Part shown: positions 37,966 through 51,800 of the stretch, one piece after another | Numbering within the stretch: the stretch's first letter is position 1 | Layout: every line of letters begins with the position of its first letter | Assembly (NCBI GenBank): GCA_030141605.1 | Contig: JAQGDQ010000012.1 | Span: forward strand, 1,196,359 to 1,260,358 | Reading direction: 5' to 3' | Source of the DNA: Tubiluchus corallicola | Lineage: Eukaryota; Animalia; Priapulida | Length of the DNA: 64,000 nt | The notes under the pieces: generated by a model | Told to the model about the DNA's origin: nothing | The model's input: only the letters and a program-made list of their open reading frames with translations | Database searches by the model: none | Translations under genes and position numbers: made by a program

Positions 37966-40900
37966 GTGGTAATTCATCATAACATTTGTGGAAAACGAAA
38001 TGAAACAGATATATCCTATAAATATCACACATGAAAGTATGTTTTGAAGAATGAAGGTTAGAACCTGGGTACCTATCTTTCTGTACCTAATTATTTGCTG
38101 AATAAAAAACATTTATTGGTTTCAACAAAACCTATAATTTATTTCAGTTCGTCGCATTTTGCCAACGATCAGGTTATACCATTAACAGTTTCAATCATAA
38201 AACGTTTCACAGGTTAACATAATACTGCAAATATTATTTTATTTACCATTACATTTTAAGACACCATAGTATAAGCAGATGAAACTGTCAGTTGAGAAAT
38301 ATACTTATGATGACCTCACTAGCAACAAAATCATAGTTTAGATCACATGGTGCATGCGTGCCCCAAAAATGTCAAAAAAGTATAGCATTTAGCAAGCTAA
38401 CAGAAGTTTCGTTTTGTCAGAGCTTGGTTTCAAATATGCTCGGTATTACGTCATTCATGAAAAGCAATCGTGAAAAGGAGTTATACTTACCCATTAATTA
38501 CAAGTTGCTGTGATAGAAATAATCATGATTTTTAACACGGAATGTTGGATACATAATGCATCCGCATTACTCAGGCCACAGAAAAGTTAATCTATAGTTT
38601 GCGTGTATGAGTAGTGAGTTTCATAGTACATGATGTTGACAATGGCCATAAGCCGATTGATCATTAACAGTCTATATTAAATTATAATACCTTATAAGCA
38701 AGGTAGACGCTATATAGTCTGTGTGTTAGTGGCACGTTATATTCCTATTTTGATTCCAGTGTCTTTAAATCTGATCTAAATTCGAGACACTCCCTATAAC
38801 GAAACAAATGGGATATAGATAATTTATGATAAAATTTTATAGAGAGATTAATGCTACCACGTATAGGCAAGTTTGTACTAAGACAGTGGGGGTAATTTGT
38901 TTTTAAAACATGTCACTAACAGTCACTTACTTGAGATCCGTCAGTTGATCTTTTAAACTAAATACCGCGTTTAGAGGAATCAATCATAGTCACGACGCTC
39001 AGTGCGTCTGCAATTAAAGTTTCTGGTGTAACAATTGCTTTCTGTAATTAACCTTCCACCTTGAGTTCATCACTCACACAGTGTAAGAAAAGAAATAAAA
39101 ATATACGGGAATGTAATATTTGAAATTGGCTTGAATCCAATTGACTGGTAAATGTATTGTTATATAATAACGTAAAAAAATCAGGTTGCCATGTAATCTA
39201 TTAAATGTGCAAACGCATGCCTTCTGAGGTAACCCGACAGTGGCTATAGTAGTGGGTGGTTGATGTTAGGGCATGACACTCGTCTCAGCTTCATTTACAG
39301 GTGTTCCAATAATAATAATACTACTAATAATATTATTATTATTCGGAAAAGTCAATGCTACTCAAGATGATTTATGTTTGCAATGAAAATTTAATGATTT
39401 TTACACCCGTAGTTATAGTAATAGTAATAGTAACACTAACAATAGCAGTAACAGTAATAGTAATGGTAATAGTAAATTCATTTAGCTCCATTAATATAAT
39501 ATAATCGTTAAGAGTGTTAGCATATATTATACATATAAATATGAGCAGACATAACGAAAGATCATACGGTCACCCAGTCAGTCATCTCTAATTAGATGCT
39601 AGTATCATTAATATTGTGCCAGTGACAATTAGTCAAAATTACGATTACTTAAATTAAAGAAAAATACAACTTATACGTACATCATACATACACTCCGATT
39701 GAGAGAATAAGATAATAAGTAACATCATCACTAAAATGAGAAAGATAATACATGGGACTCATTATAGTTGTAGATAAATGATAAATAAGGAGACTGTGGC
39801 ACTAAAATATATAATTTGGTAAATTAAAATATGGTATAAACTAAAATACAGTAAGTACAAAATTAATTTGCAGTACTTAATTGATGCAAAATATTTTTAA
39901 GTGAATAGCATTCTAATGTAACAAATTTTTCATCAAGAAAACGATATTAAATACAATAAAATGAAATTTAAAAATAATAAGAAACTGACTATTATGTGAT
40001 TGAAGAAATTTATTTCAATATTTTGATATTGGTGTTTTAATTGATGTAAACAATTTTATGCTTTATCTTATAGATTTCGGTAAAATAGTTTCATGATGTT
40101 TTATATTGGGCAAGCCTTGGTTAGTACTAGTATAGGTTAACCGTTATTGCTTGCTATGGCCCTAGTATTGTAATTCTGTAGATCAGATATTTTAGTGAAA
40201 TAGTTGCTATGCAGATAGGGTAATAAAATACATTAATTTACATTATATACATTAATTTCTAATTTATATTAGTTTCAGAATTCCTAGAGCAATATTTGAC
40301 GGGGTAGTCCGTTGCCTGCTGAGAGAAAAGTCATTAGTTTAATTATTAAATTTTGTGAAGTAATAACAGTTTGGAGTTTGGTATCATCAGCATTAATATA
40401 GTTCATGCTGTTCCTGGCACCAAGATTACACAAGTGCAAGTGCTGGCTTTGCTTCATATATATCAGGTGGTGTAGGAAAACGAGCTGAAGTTTAGAATAC
40501 AATAATATTAGAAGAAAGTACCCTATGATGTTGAACTTTCCGTGTTGTATTACAACGTAATAGAATCAACAGAAGACTGTGTTACTGTTTTCGATGCATT
40601 GTTACATTGCAAGCCATATTAACTACACACAGAATTAACATACTTAACTTGTTTTAGTTTCTTGACCGAACCACTCCATTAACTCAGCATTATATAAATA
40701 AATCAAGTGGCATTTCGGAATATGCCGATTTTTCGAATTATCGAAAACTTTTACTTTTACCGCTTTGATAAGGACGAAATAAGTGCATCATTGTTAAATT
40801 ATATCATAAAAGTCAAGGCGTATAGAATCTATAGCTAACATGTTTCTCAGATTCTTTATGGAACTGCTTATAGCTTAAGGGTATATGTACACGAAAAATG

Positions 40901-41836
40901 TGATCGCTCTAAAATCAAGTTCGCATATAAAACTATGGAGAATCTAGTTTAATTGCCGGAGAGGGCACTTATGGGGAAACATCTCAGTTCAACAGATTTG
41001 TGGAACGAAATGAGATAGTTTTTTGTAACGGCGCACTATAATCAGTAAATCAAGCAGCTGATATTAAACGAAAAGTTGTGCAATTATTTGAAGACGGGCA
41101 CTATTTTCCGACCACCCATTCCTTTGAGTGATGTCCACTTTTCCTTTGACTTTGTCCGATCGAGTCAATGTATCCATTGTTTGGATGTGGAAAGTGTGCG
41201 AAGCTAGAATAACTGGCTTTTAAACACATTAAATGTAGTTAATGTGGAATAATTGAGAGGGAAATGACCAGCGGGCATTGAAAGGGTCGTTGATTCGAAG
41301 AGAAGAAACTTTTTTTCATTAACTGGAATAAGGGACTTATTGGGAAAAATCTTAAAATTTATTGCACGTGTATTGCAGTACAGAGTGAAAGAAAAAAGAT
41401 AGCCGCAACAGTATAAGAATTAAGGTACGAAATCATGTTTTCTTCCTAAAAATGATTTGTATAATTATGCATCTAACTTATAACATCAATAACTCATACA
41501 TACATAATTAAATAAGGTATTTCAAAAGTCCTTTATTATTGTTAAAAAATTAATAATAATTATTAGCAATTTAAATTTTACGGCAGGAACCAATGGCAGT
41601 GGAAATTTTAGTGGCACCAAACTTGGTTTCACAAGCTTACTTCAGCGATTTTAATTTACACCACTATACCACGTTAGAGTCAGCATAGCAGAATAAAAAA
41701 TTTGCGCAAAATTTCAAATGTAGATTAAAATAATTTCAGTTGGTGAATGAGAGTTTACGTCAAGATGAACGTTGTGAGTCGTTAACTGCATAGAAAATTG
41801 AAAGTCAAATTAGCTAGTGATTTATATATTACTTAG

Positions 41837-41993
41837 ATAGAGAAAGAAGAGGAGAAAGAGAGAGAAAAAGAGAGGGAAATGAGGAGAGAGTGTGAGGAAG
41901 AGGATGGGGAGGAGGTGGAGCTAGGAGGAGAAGCAGGAAAACGACGAGGAGGAGGAGGGTGCTTGGAGGAGAAACTGGAGGAGGAGAAAGAGG
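41837..41993. repeat. Polypurine (GA/GAG)n tract
   Basis: About 155 bp of almost pure purines on the plus strand. Confidence 0.9.
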
Positions 41994-44900
41994 ACACTGT
42001 GTGAATTCATTGTTGGGTTGAAGATGGATTAAATAATTAAGAATTTTAGAATTTTATTATTGGCATATACATTACATTACAATGACATATATACAGCAAA
42101 ACAACAACAAAATACAAAAGTACAAAACAGAACTGCTATGTAGCCAAAAACACTTAACAAATAACGAATATGTATATGTTTGTATACAGTTAGCGTATCA
42201 TAAATAATAATAATAATAGTTAATTATAATTCTTGCTATTACTGACACTAACACGCCACAAGCAGGCCGATTTTGCCCAAAGAGCGAGGAAAACTGTGCA
42301 TCTCAGTACTCGCTTAGAACGGGTGACCACTAAGTTTTTTCACGCAGTTTTAGGACATGGTGAAATTACCAACAAAATGACAATTTATGCATTTCTAGTA
42401 CATAGGTTATTATAATAAAGACGTTAAAATTCGCTATAGTTTCACTATTTTATTAGAGCATTCAGTTTTTTTATAATTGTAACGTACTACTCAATATCTA
42501 AACTACGCACAATTTTTCATGCCGTTTTGATGACATTCGATGAAAACATCATGCTATTTGATGAAAATATAAATGGTTGTTTCGCATGATAATTCATTAT
42601 AATGGAGGATTATAGAGAATCTTTGCGTGAATTAAGGCTTGATTGTGCACAGTTTGTTTTTAGAAGTTTTTAGTCTACAAAACCGTCGTTTTCGCTTCGC
42701 CTTTGGCATTCTAAATGTGGATTTAAGAAAAGAGAATAGTCAAAATCTGTTATTCAAATATTTAGAGCTACAGCCAAGAACACTTCCGAGAAGCACAATT
42801 TAAAATCTAAGTTCATTTCTTGTGTACAGTATACGATTATTCCACATAAATCATAATACCTATAAAACTGTATTCCCTACGCTCAGGTACATGTAAAAAT
42901 GTTTTGGCATTTTCAACTTTTTTAATGACCAGTTAGTGACAATTATTGGCGTTGACGTACGGCCGTTTTCGATATGATCACTTCATCATTTTTTGTGTAC
43001 AAGTAATTTGCAGGTGGACACTGACGCATTTAATGTTGTAAATACTTCGCCAATTTCTATTATGATTTCTTTTTGACAGTGTAAACATCTCTCCTCGCGT
43101 CAACTTTTTAGTCAGTAGTACGTTGCTACTGCTGTATATAAAAAACAAAGATATGTGCGAAGCTGTGAAAATCACGAACAGACAGGTTCTTTTTCAAAAT
43201 TTAAAATTTATCTCATTTTATTCCAAGGCGCCTGAACAAATATTTTTTGAAGTTGCCACACAATTTACGAGGTTTATTTTTGCTTTTTTAAATTTAAGTG
43301 TCTACAAAAGCACATTGCTACACAGTATATTGCGATCAGACATTGGGGCGTATTTACCGTACTAGACCTGAGACCTCCTACGGCACCGCTTACGCTTCAG
43401 TAGATTTTTTTATAGGCCTAAACCTCTAGATAGTAGAATTAAGTGCTGTTATTGAACAAAAACGGTTTTTCATCTAAACAGGTTGTTATATTTATAATTA
43501 TTTACCTTCTTTGGCGTCTTAACGCCTGGTTTTCAGTTGAGTTTTGGATCTGCCCTTTCTGAGTAAAGAGTTACGCTTTCGCTGTAAAGTAAATGTTATT
43601 TTTTGTTTAAAGTAAACACACGGAAGAAGCCCTTTAGCGCTAGTAAATCTTGTAACAGTTGCGAAGCCATTGACCTTACAAGTTCACGTTGGCTGATTTG
43701 TCCTTGAGCTCTTGGGTTACTCATGTTGGATAATTATGCAATTAGAAATTCTAGTTAACAAAAACGATTGTGATGTTGGTTTCTTTTTAATGTCATATTT
43801 TGGGCTGTCCTACTGCTTGATCTACAAATTTAAAGTTTCAGAAAGTATGACAATATATGAAACTATGTTATTATAATAGATTTTATTATAAACCACTTTA
43901 CATTTTTGTAGTTATTTTCCAAATAAGAACGGTCTGGCCTAGTAGAACCCTGAGAGAACATTTGCCTCTCAAGAGGCAATAATAGTATATAGGGTTCTAT
44001 TTTTTTAAATTTTTTAAATTAAGAGAAACGATTAGGTTTCTGAAGATTCTCAAGTTTTCCCACTGGGTGCATTGTCTTTCATCTAAAGCTCTAGTTGCTG
44101 CCATAATGTGTAGGCTGGCTGATCATTTGTACACCACATAATGTTTGCGGATATAAATTACTTATTTTATTAGTAATCATGTATGCTGAATGCACAAGTC
44201 ACAAAGGTTCATTTAAGCAAATTTATTTATTTCAATAAATATTCACGTAATGTTAATAATTAAAATAGATTAAAGTCTTAGAGGAAACATAAATTGTTTT
44301 ACGTCATTTCCTGCGTCATTCGTTTAAACTGTGTAATTTATTGTGTAAACACGTTTGTAATTTCAAACCTGCTTTCCCAAACTTTGATTTCTGTTCAGAA
44401 TTTGTTCTACAGATTTTTCATTCTGTACATTAATATTAACTAAAAATAAAAACAATAGCTCATAAAAAAATTCGTCATTCATGTATTTACTCAGTTACTT
44501 ACTCATCAATTTATTTATTTTTTAATTTATTCATGCACTTATTTATACTTTAAGTATTCATTTTTCTTTCATTTTTTTGTTTATGTTTGTTTTTTTGTTC
44601 GGTTCATTCGTTCGTTGTCCACTCATTTGTTCATATTGAAACATATATTCATTTGTTTTTGAATTTACTTGCCCGTTCACTTGCCTGTTCATTCATTCGT
44701 TTCTTCTTATTGAATTATACGTGTGACAGACATCAGACAACTCATAAATGATAATTAAAAACACTTTGTATAAAATTTATGCGACTATGTGTACACCATT
44801 CGTAAAATCTGGTTTTGACATTAGTAAATTAATGTTAACTAAACCTCTTTTAAATAATCTTCTACTTACAATAAGTTGACATTTTCTTAAGTCCGCGGAT

Positions 44901-45730
44901 TGGGCGATTAATACGCGGATGAGGATTTTAAGTTTGCTCTCCTTCAACCATAAACGAGTTTACAACGTAAAACCTTGAAAATGATTGTCGTTTTTGAGGT
45001 AACTTACCTTACTGCTGTTGAATTTTCCTCGATTTCTTTATTATGCGAATTATATGACAAGATTTGTTTGAAATAGATTTGGTTTGGAATAGTAATTACA
45101 GTATTTGAAAAATTACTATGAAATTGAAAAATGACGGGTAGTCGCCTAGTCGATGCAGAAAAAAGAGGTTTACAAGTTCCATTTCCAAAATATTATTGTA
45201 ATTAATTAGTTCCGCATCGATGTATATATTTTTCTTATGCTTACGTTCGTGTTGTTTGGACATTTTGAGGCAGTATTCTGGTTATTTTAGTATCGTTTTT
45301 TGCGCTTGCACTGCATATAATTGACTGAAACAGTGATACAATATAGTTTTCTTTACAAGTTTATTAGCCGATACAAAATAATAAAAACTGCTGAGCTTTT
45401 TTGTGTGCTTTATTTGTTGTAATTCTTAGCTGTCTGTGCAAAATTTGTGCTGCCAGTGTTACTTGAAAGAGGTATCTTTTCTGTTGAACAACAGTTTTTA
45501 AAAACACGCGATTTACCTCTTTTTCAGTTTGCAGTTTCAGCCAAAATTACTTTAATAAAGAGGTTTTTCGAATCCTGTTTTCTTAATGCTTTTGCGCAGT
45601 TTATAACCTTAGTAACATGTTAGCAACAGTTTATACCTAATCAGCGTTGCTAACTTGCTAGTAATGATTGACTAGAGTATAAAAATACAAATTGCTGCAC
45701 GATATTAAAAATCTTTTTTTATTTTTCTAG

Positions 45731-45790
45731 GGACACGAATTCTCAAGCGAAAAAATCAGTGTAGACGAAGCTCAAGGTGGTCACCATTAA
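45731..45790 (+). CDS. Candidate second part of the small upstream ORF (19 codons plus stop)
   Basis: Strong acceptor cttttttttatttttctAG|G at 45730; phase-0 reading GHEFSSEKISVDEAQGGHH-TAA. Confidence 0.4.
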   Translation, partial: GHEFSSEKISVDEAQGGHH

Positions 45791-45803
45791 ATTACGCTCA
45801 GCG

Positions 45804-48800
45804 ATGATTTCAATGTTGAAATCTCTGGGAAAATCTCACCAGCACTTCATTTCAGCGACAACAGACGGCAGCACAAACATAGTTAACGGTGATGATCAAA
45901 GAAATGGAGATGTTTGCAGCGCTGACAAAAAGATACCGAATCGCGCTGACAGTGAACAGGAATTAAAAAATAATCAACAAGTTTTGATTAATGGCCTTCC
46001 AGATCTGGCGCTGGATGCTGAAAGTGAATTTGCCAATTATAATGGTAGCGAGCGAAAAGCAGGAAAGGATTCCCGATTCAAGATAAGCCCGTCCGTGTTT
46101 TCGGAAACTAAAAATATCGAATCGCCAAGTACTGATATGAAATATAATGCGTCTGGCACACGAGTAAAAGTCAGTTCCTGTAAAAAACCGAACAGTTGCG
46201 ATACTATGTCATCTGTAATGGATTCGGTTACCACTTTGAGTTGTGAGCCGAGTTTAGCAAACGGCAGCAGCAGTGTAGCAACAGAGTGTTCCAGTAGCGA
46301 CATTTCCGCGGATTCAGTACAGGCGAAGCCAGAAGACGAGGTTCCGGAACCTATCTCAACAAATAAACAGAGTGAATGCGAAGAACTGGACATTGACTTC
46401 GCTCTGGGCATCGTTGATGTGCGTGGAAAAAGCAGCGAGAAAAAGTCAGTTGACGCTAGGAGTGAATCAAAAACAGGACTGCCTAACAAAACAAATGCAA
46501 GTCTGTACGGTTGTCAAAATGAAGTGAACGACAGTGATGATGACGTGTCTAACAAAATTCTTGATATATTAGTGGAAGAGTGCTCTCACTTGAACAATAA
46601 AGTTGTAAACAAACACGACCAATTTGATTTGGGAGTCTTGCAAAACGGCATTTTGAAAAACTGTGTCAAGTTTAGAGATGATTCGATCAGAAAGCGAGTG
46701 TCTTTTTCAAACAGTGTGACAGAAGTGAGTTTTGAAGTCGACAGTGACTCGTCCACTGATAATGAATCTACAGCTGAGGACAGTGCAGTCAGTGGGTGTG
46801 AAAACTTGAGCTTAACAGACAGATTGGCAGCTATAAAAGATCACTTAAATTACACAATAGAAGCGTCAACAACTGTACCTGCAGAGGACAATGTGGAAAA
46901 AATCTATTCTTGTGTCACAGGTAACATTACAAGTGGACCTATTTTATGCGAGGGAGAAGCCGATTTCTCTAGTAATAACAGTTTGCCTGTTACGCAAGAT
47001 TCATTAGCCGACAGCTGTGTGACGAATTCCGAAGCGAAGCCGTTTTCTCGAGTTACCAGCAATGAAAACACATCAAATGCCGATGCTCTTATTCCGACAC
47101 CTTACCGTCTACCGCGGCTTATATATCAACCCGGGCAGAACTCTGAATCCACAAATACAGCGACCGCGAACGTGACGGGTGTATACTCAGACGCACACTC
47201 TGGGCCTTTGTTGGAGATTTTCAACGCACAGTCCATTAACAATCATAACATCGAGTGCAATGATGTAAATAGTGGCATATATTACTGCAATGGTAAAACT
47301 GGTGATTTAGACTTTGAAAACAGACACATTAGTAATGACATTGTGGATCAAAGCGGAGACGAATTAACAAGAGAAAGTAATAACGCAATTAGTAAAGAGA
47401 ATAACGGTGTCAGCGTGTCAAAACCCAACGAAGAACACCTGGCGATGTTTGTTCAAAGTGAATATAAAGTAAAACCAGATCGTGGAAGCCATGCTCCGGA
47501 TTCGACCGGATTGCTGGCTGACGATAAACAGACTGACAAAACAACAACAACAACATCAACGTCGCAATTATTAGGTCATTTGGTTGAAATGGATATTGAT
47601 GACGCACTTCAAACTCGTGGTGAATTCGTCAGCAAGAACAGCAAAGTTTCTGCCGGTAATGATGACTACAGTTGTAATCTTGCTTTAAACAAAAGTCAGC
47701 CGAGTATAATGGGTTCAGATCAGAAAACTGATTACTGTATTAGCAGAAAACCAGATAAAAACAGAGCTGATGTGACATTTTCGAGTAATGAACTGCTGCC
47801 GTCCTCACCAGCATCAACAACTCAAGAGTCACAACAAGCCCCGCAACAAACACCACTGTCGTTACTGCTGTCGCCATCATTGAAACAAACTGACATCACA
47901 CAGGAAGACCGAATATGGCGCCGAGAAATGAGCCCTGGTGTTGATGATGAGGACAGTGATTCCAGCACTGCTTCACAGGACACCATGATTAGGCGGTCAC
48001 CTGTAAAAAGCATTCGTGTACCTCAGCAAGATAATGATCACTCTCTGGTAACACTTGAGCACAGAGAAAATGCAGAAATGGCTATTAAGTATCAGCAATA
48101 CGACTTGAAACGAAAAGCACTGGAACGGAAAAACTTAAATTTGAGAATAGGTCACTGCCCGGCTCTCAGACGGACAGCGGCCGCAGGCGTGGACGAGTCT
48201 TCATGTAATGATTTAGAAGAAAAACTAAAAATGCTTAATCTGTTCGAGAAGGGTAGTCAAGCAACCAATACACCTGATGCATTATCAGATAACTGTAATA
48301 TAGGTTCAAGTGGTCAGTGCGCTGGAATGGAGAAAATAAGTGAAAATACCTCAAGTGAATATGTTTCAGCGGTTGAGAGCAATGGTGAAAAATGTCCCAA
48401 TCCTCAGAACTTCCCCGCGTCATTGGTGCAAACAGTCGTGTCATGCATACCAGCAGTACCGTGTAATCTCTCGGTAGGCAAGCTGGCTGATAATTGTAGT
48501 TCAAAGACTTCTAATGACTGTTTGACATTGGATAGTATAATTACTAGCAAAACTGACCTGGATATGCTAATAACTGTAGCAAGTGTGACCACAGCAAACT
48601 CGGTTGAACAAAAGAGTGTTTTATCGCCGTGTTGCGCATCTCCAGGCAGTTTGGATGTGGTTATGGATGAGAAATTGAACGTTGCTGTGGGCAAAAGTGC
48701 AGACAACCTTGTTGAACGGTTCTATGACCCAACCGATTACAGACCACAGTGTAGCAGTGGTGATAGTTGCGTGCAAGATCGTAGTCCCTTCAGTCCGAGT

Positions 48801-51800
48801 AAGTCAAATACCGAAAAACGTGGTAGTAATTACACTGACGTGAAAGAAGATAACACTGTTGTTGCACAGTGTAGTGATAAATTAACTTCAGAAACAAACG
48901 ATTTTACAGAAGCGAGTTCCATCGAAAGTATCAGTTCAGGCAACATAGCATTGAATACTAGTAAAATAGCGTGCCGCGTTGATGAAGTGAAGCCTCATAC
49001 AGTCGCTGCAGCTGCATATACAAGCAGAGCCACTCAGAGTTTTAACCAAATAAAAACAAACAACCAATCTGTTTTAGCAAGAAAACCAGAGAGTCACACC
49101 GCCGCCGGAAACGACCCGTTTAAAGAAAAATTGAGTCGAACTAAATTCGAGGCTAAAGCTAAACCAGTCAAAATGATTTTGCCGCAGATGAATCATCAAG
49201 CCGGCGAAAGAAAAAGTGAATCCAGTTCATACAGTAACAGCGTGGATTGGGAAGATATTGGACTGCAACTGCATAAAAAGTATCAGAGCAATAATGTAAA
49301 TGACCTCTTGTACAGCATACATACCTCATACGGCATGGCGGATCAGCTGGATCAACTAGATTTGGATTTTCCGGATGTTAAAAATCTGGATCGCGATACT
49401 AGCGTATATTTAAGCGAGACTGAAGCGTCAAATGACAATATATGCAGCTCGCCCAGTCAACGAACTACTGACACTCATGAACAAAGGGTGAAGATGGAAC
49501 GAAAGTTGGAGCGCTTGCGCTTAGAAATGGAAAAAACTTGTTTCAGCTCCCGAGTGAAAAACAGGGCTAGAGGGCGACAGAAACGCAATCCAGACAGATT
49601 CTGTTTCTCCGACGTGGAAGACGACAATGAAGTGGAGTCCATGTCTCCATCGGATGACAGGTTCTATATGTCGGATTCTGAGTGTGTTAGAGGCTCAAAA
49701 ACAAAGAAACGAAGCAATAAAAGTTACACAGAGAAAGACCTGAATCAAGTTTTTCATCGGTTACAGATACCACAGAATGTGGGTAGAATATACAGTGATG
49801 ACGAAGTAACGCGTGTTATAACAAACAGCTTGCAACGTCACGTTGAGAATGAGATTGTTAGAAACAGCATGGACAACCTTCTGGACACACCAGACCATTA
49901 TAGTCCAGATTGGGACCAAATCGGATTTTCTGACAGTGAACTTTTGTCCGACGGCAGAACCAAGCCGGATCCAAAATTGTTGGGCAATGGAGACATTCAT
50001 CTCCGGGTTGATGAGGCATCACATAAACGCCTTGATGTTTCTGGCCCAACTTATGAGCAACATTATCCCACTGCAGAACCCAATTTTGCTATGTATGCTC
50101 AATCGCAGAAAAAACATATAAAATACGAGTCTCGTCTTCCAATTCCAAACAAACCCATTTATAAACCCCCAGGAATCCCAATTAGTGACCAGTCACCTGC
50201 TCGGTCCGTTCCTATAAAGCGAATGCCAGATATGCAATATCACCTTAAAAAGAACACAAACAGAAACACTGGTGCCTGTAACACGCCTAGCGCAAACGCA
50301 AAACCGTCAAGGAAACCGGATAGTTTAACACCTGACAAACAAAAGGAGGAAAAGACAAATCGGCAGGCATTGCAGCTCGAAGTGGAAAGTAATGCCCAAA
50401 GCAAAAATGCAAACGCGATTGACCCTGTTCAGCAACGTTTGTCAAGGCCATCTCGGATTTTTTGCAATTTTTTCAAGAAACAGAAACTAAATATCAGCAG
50501 GGCTCTGTCACCTGAACGGAAAGAGAAGAGTTCGCAGCCATCATTGAACTCTGACCAGATTCGAAAGAAAATGCAGGCTAATCTTAGCAAGGCAACCATT
50601 TCAGAGCCTCAAAATCTAAGGCGAATAACTCATTCTGCTGACAAATCCGACGAACTGAAGAAATTTGTCAGTCAAGACTATCAGCGAATTAGGAAAGTTT
50701 GTGAGCGTTATAAAAGAGACGAACGTGATGACTTTGAGAGTCCAAATCGCAGTGATTCGATCAGTAGTGGTCAGCGTCCAAAATTCTGCACTTCTGCGGA
50801 AATTTACCAACAACTGGAAAGCAGAGTACGCCCTCCACGTGTCCAGCCAAGGTCTGATTCAGCACCATTAAATGGTGTTGATCACACCCGTAGTGGCCGC
50901 CAAGGTGTAGCCAGAAGTCAAAGTCTTATAGCAGGAAGACCAGACAAAGTGCATTTACGAAATCGAATAGAGTCTCCGGGTTCCAGTTCTAGCGCACCTA
51001 CTATAGTTGAAGAACAACTAGCAAATTCCATTGACAGTAGTCCTCAGCATGGCCATCGAGGTAATATAATAAACATCAGACAACAACAAGTATTTTTGGA
51101 AAACGGTCACTCGGGAAGTTGTCATCAGGTTAAAAATAAAACGAAAATAATAAGACCAAATGCTAGTGGTCGTTCAGAAATACCGCGAAGTGGATTATCA
51201 TCCATAGTCCATGATCAACAAGGCTACATGCGGGGTTCACCCGGACATCATGGTTCTCCTCTTCGAGGTGGTTCTCCTCAGCAAGGGCAATCTCCTGCTT
51301 CTCAACAACGTCGACAGGTGTCGCCACAATTTGCACAGACCTCGCCAATATCTGTGCCGAACAATCAATCACACCCCATAGGTCCAGTTCCTCATTCACA
51401 AATGAATGGCTTCATTCGAAAATCAGCTGATACCTCTCTGCAGCTCCCTCTAGCTCAGGTGCTTTCCAGCAACATCCCGGAAACGGAAGTCAGTGGAGCA
51501 TCTCCCAGTCAGAATGTAAAACTGGTGACTAGGTACACAAATAATGGCGCATTCATTCAACTTGCGTACAAAGCTAGTCCTCAGACTCCGTCTCCCATAG
51601 CAACCAATCGCCATGAAGTTGAGCCTCCACCATTGCATTCACAAAAGTTATTAAATGATTTTCAAAATCCTAAAATTACTCACGATTCATCTTTGATTTA
51701 CCAGCACCATAACACACAGGCGAATTATCCTCACGGTGTCAATGGGTGGAATGATCCCGGTGTTTTACCTCATCGAGGGATGCCTTACCGTTACGGCTAT

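Noticed and set aside
45777-45803. GTG start given by the ORF track for the giant ORF
   Set aside because: Eukaryotic locus; first in-frame ATG is 45804.
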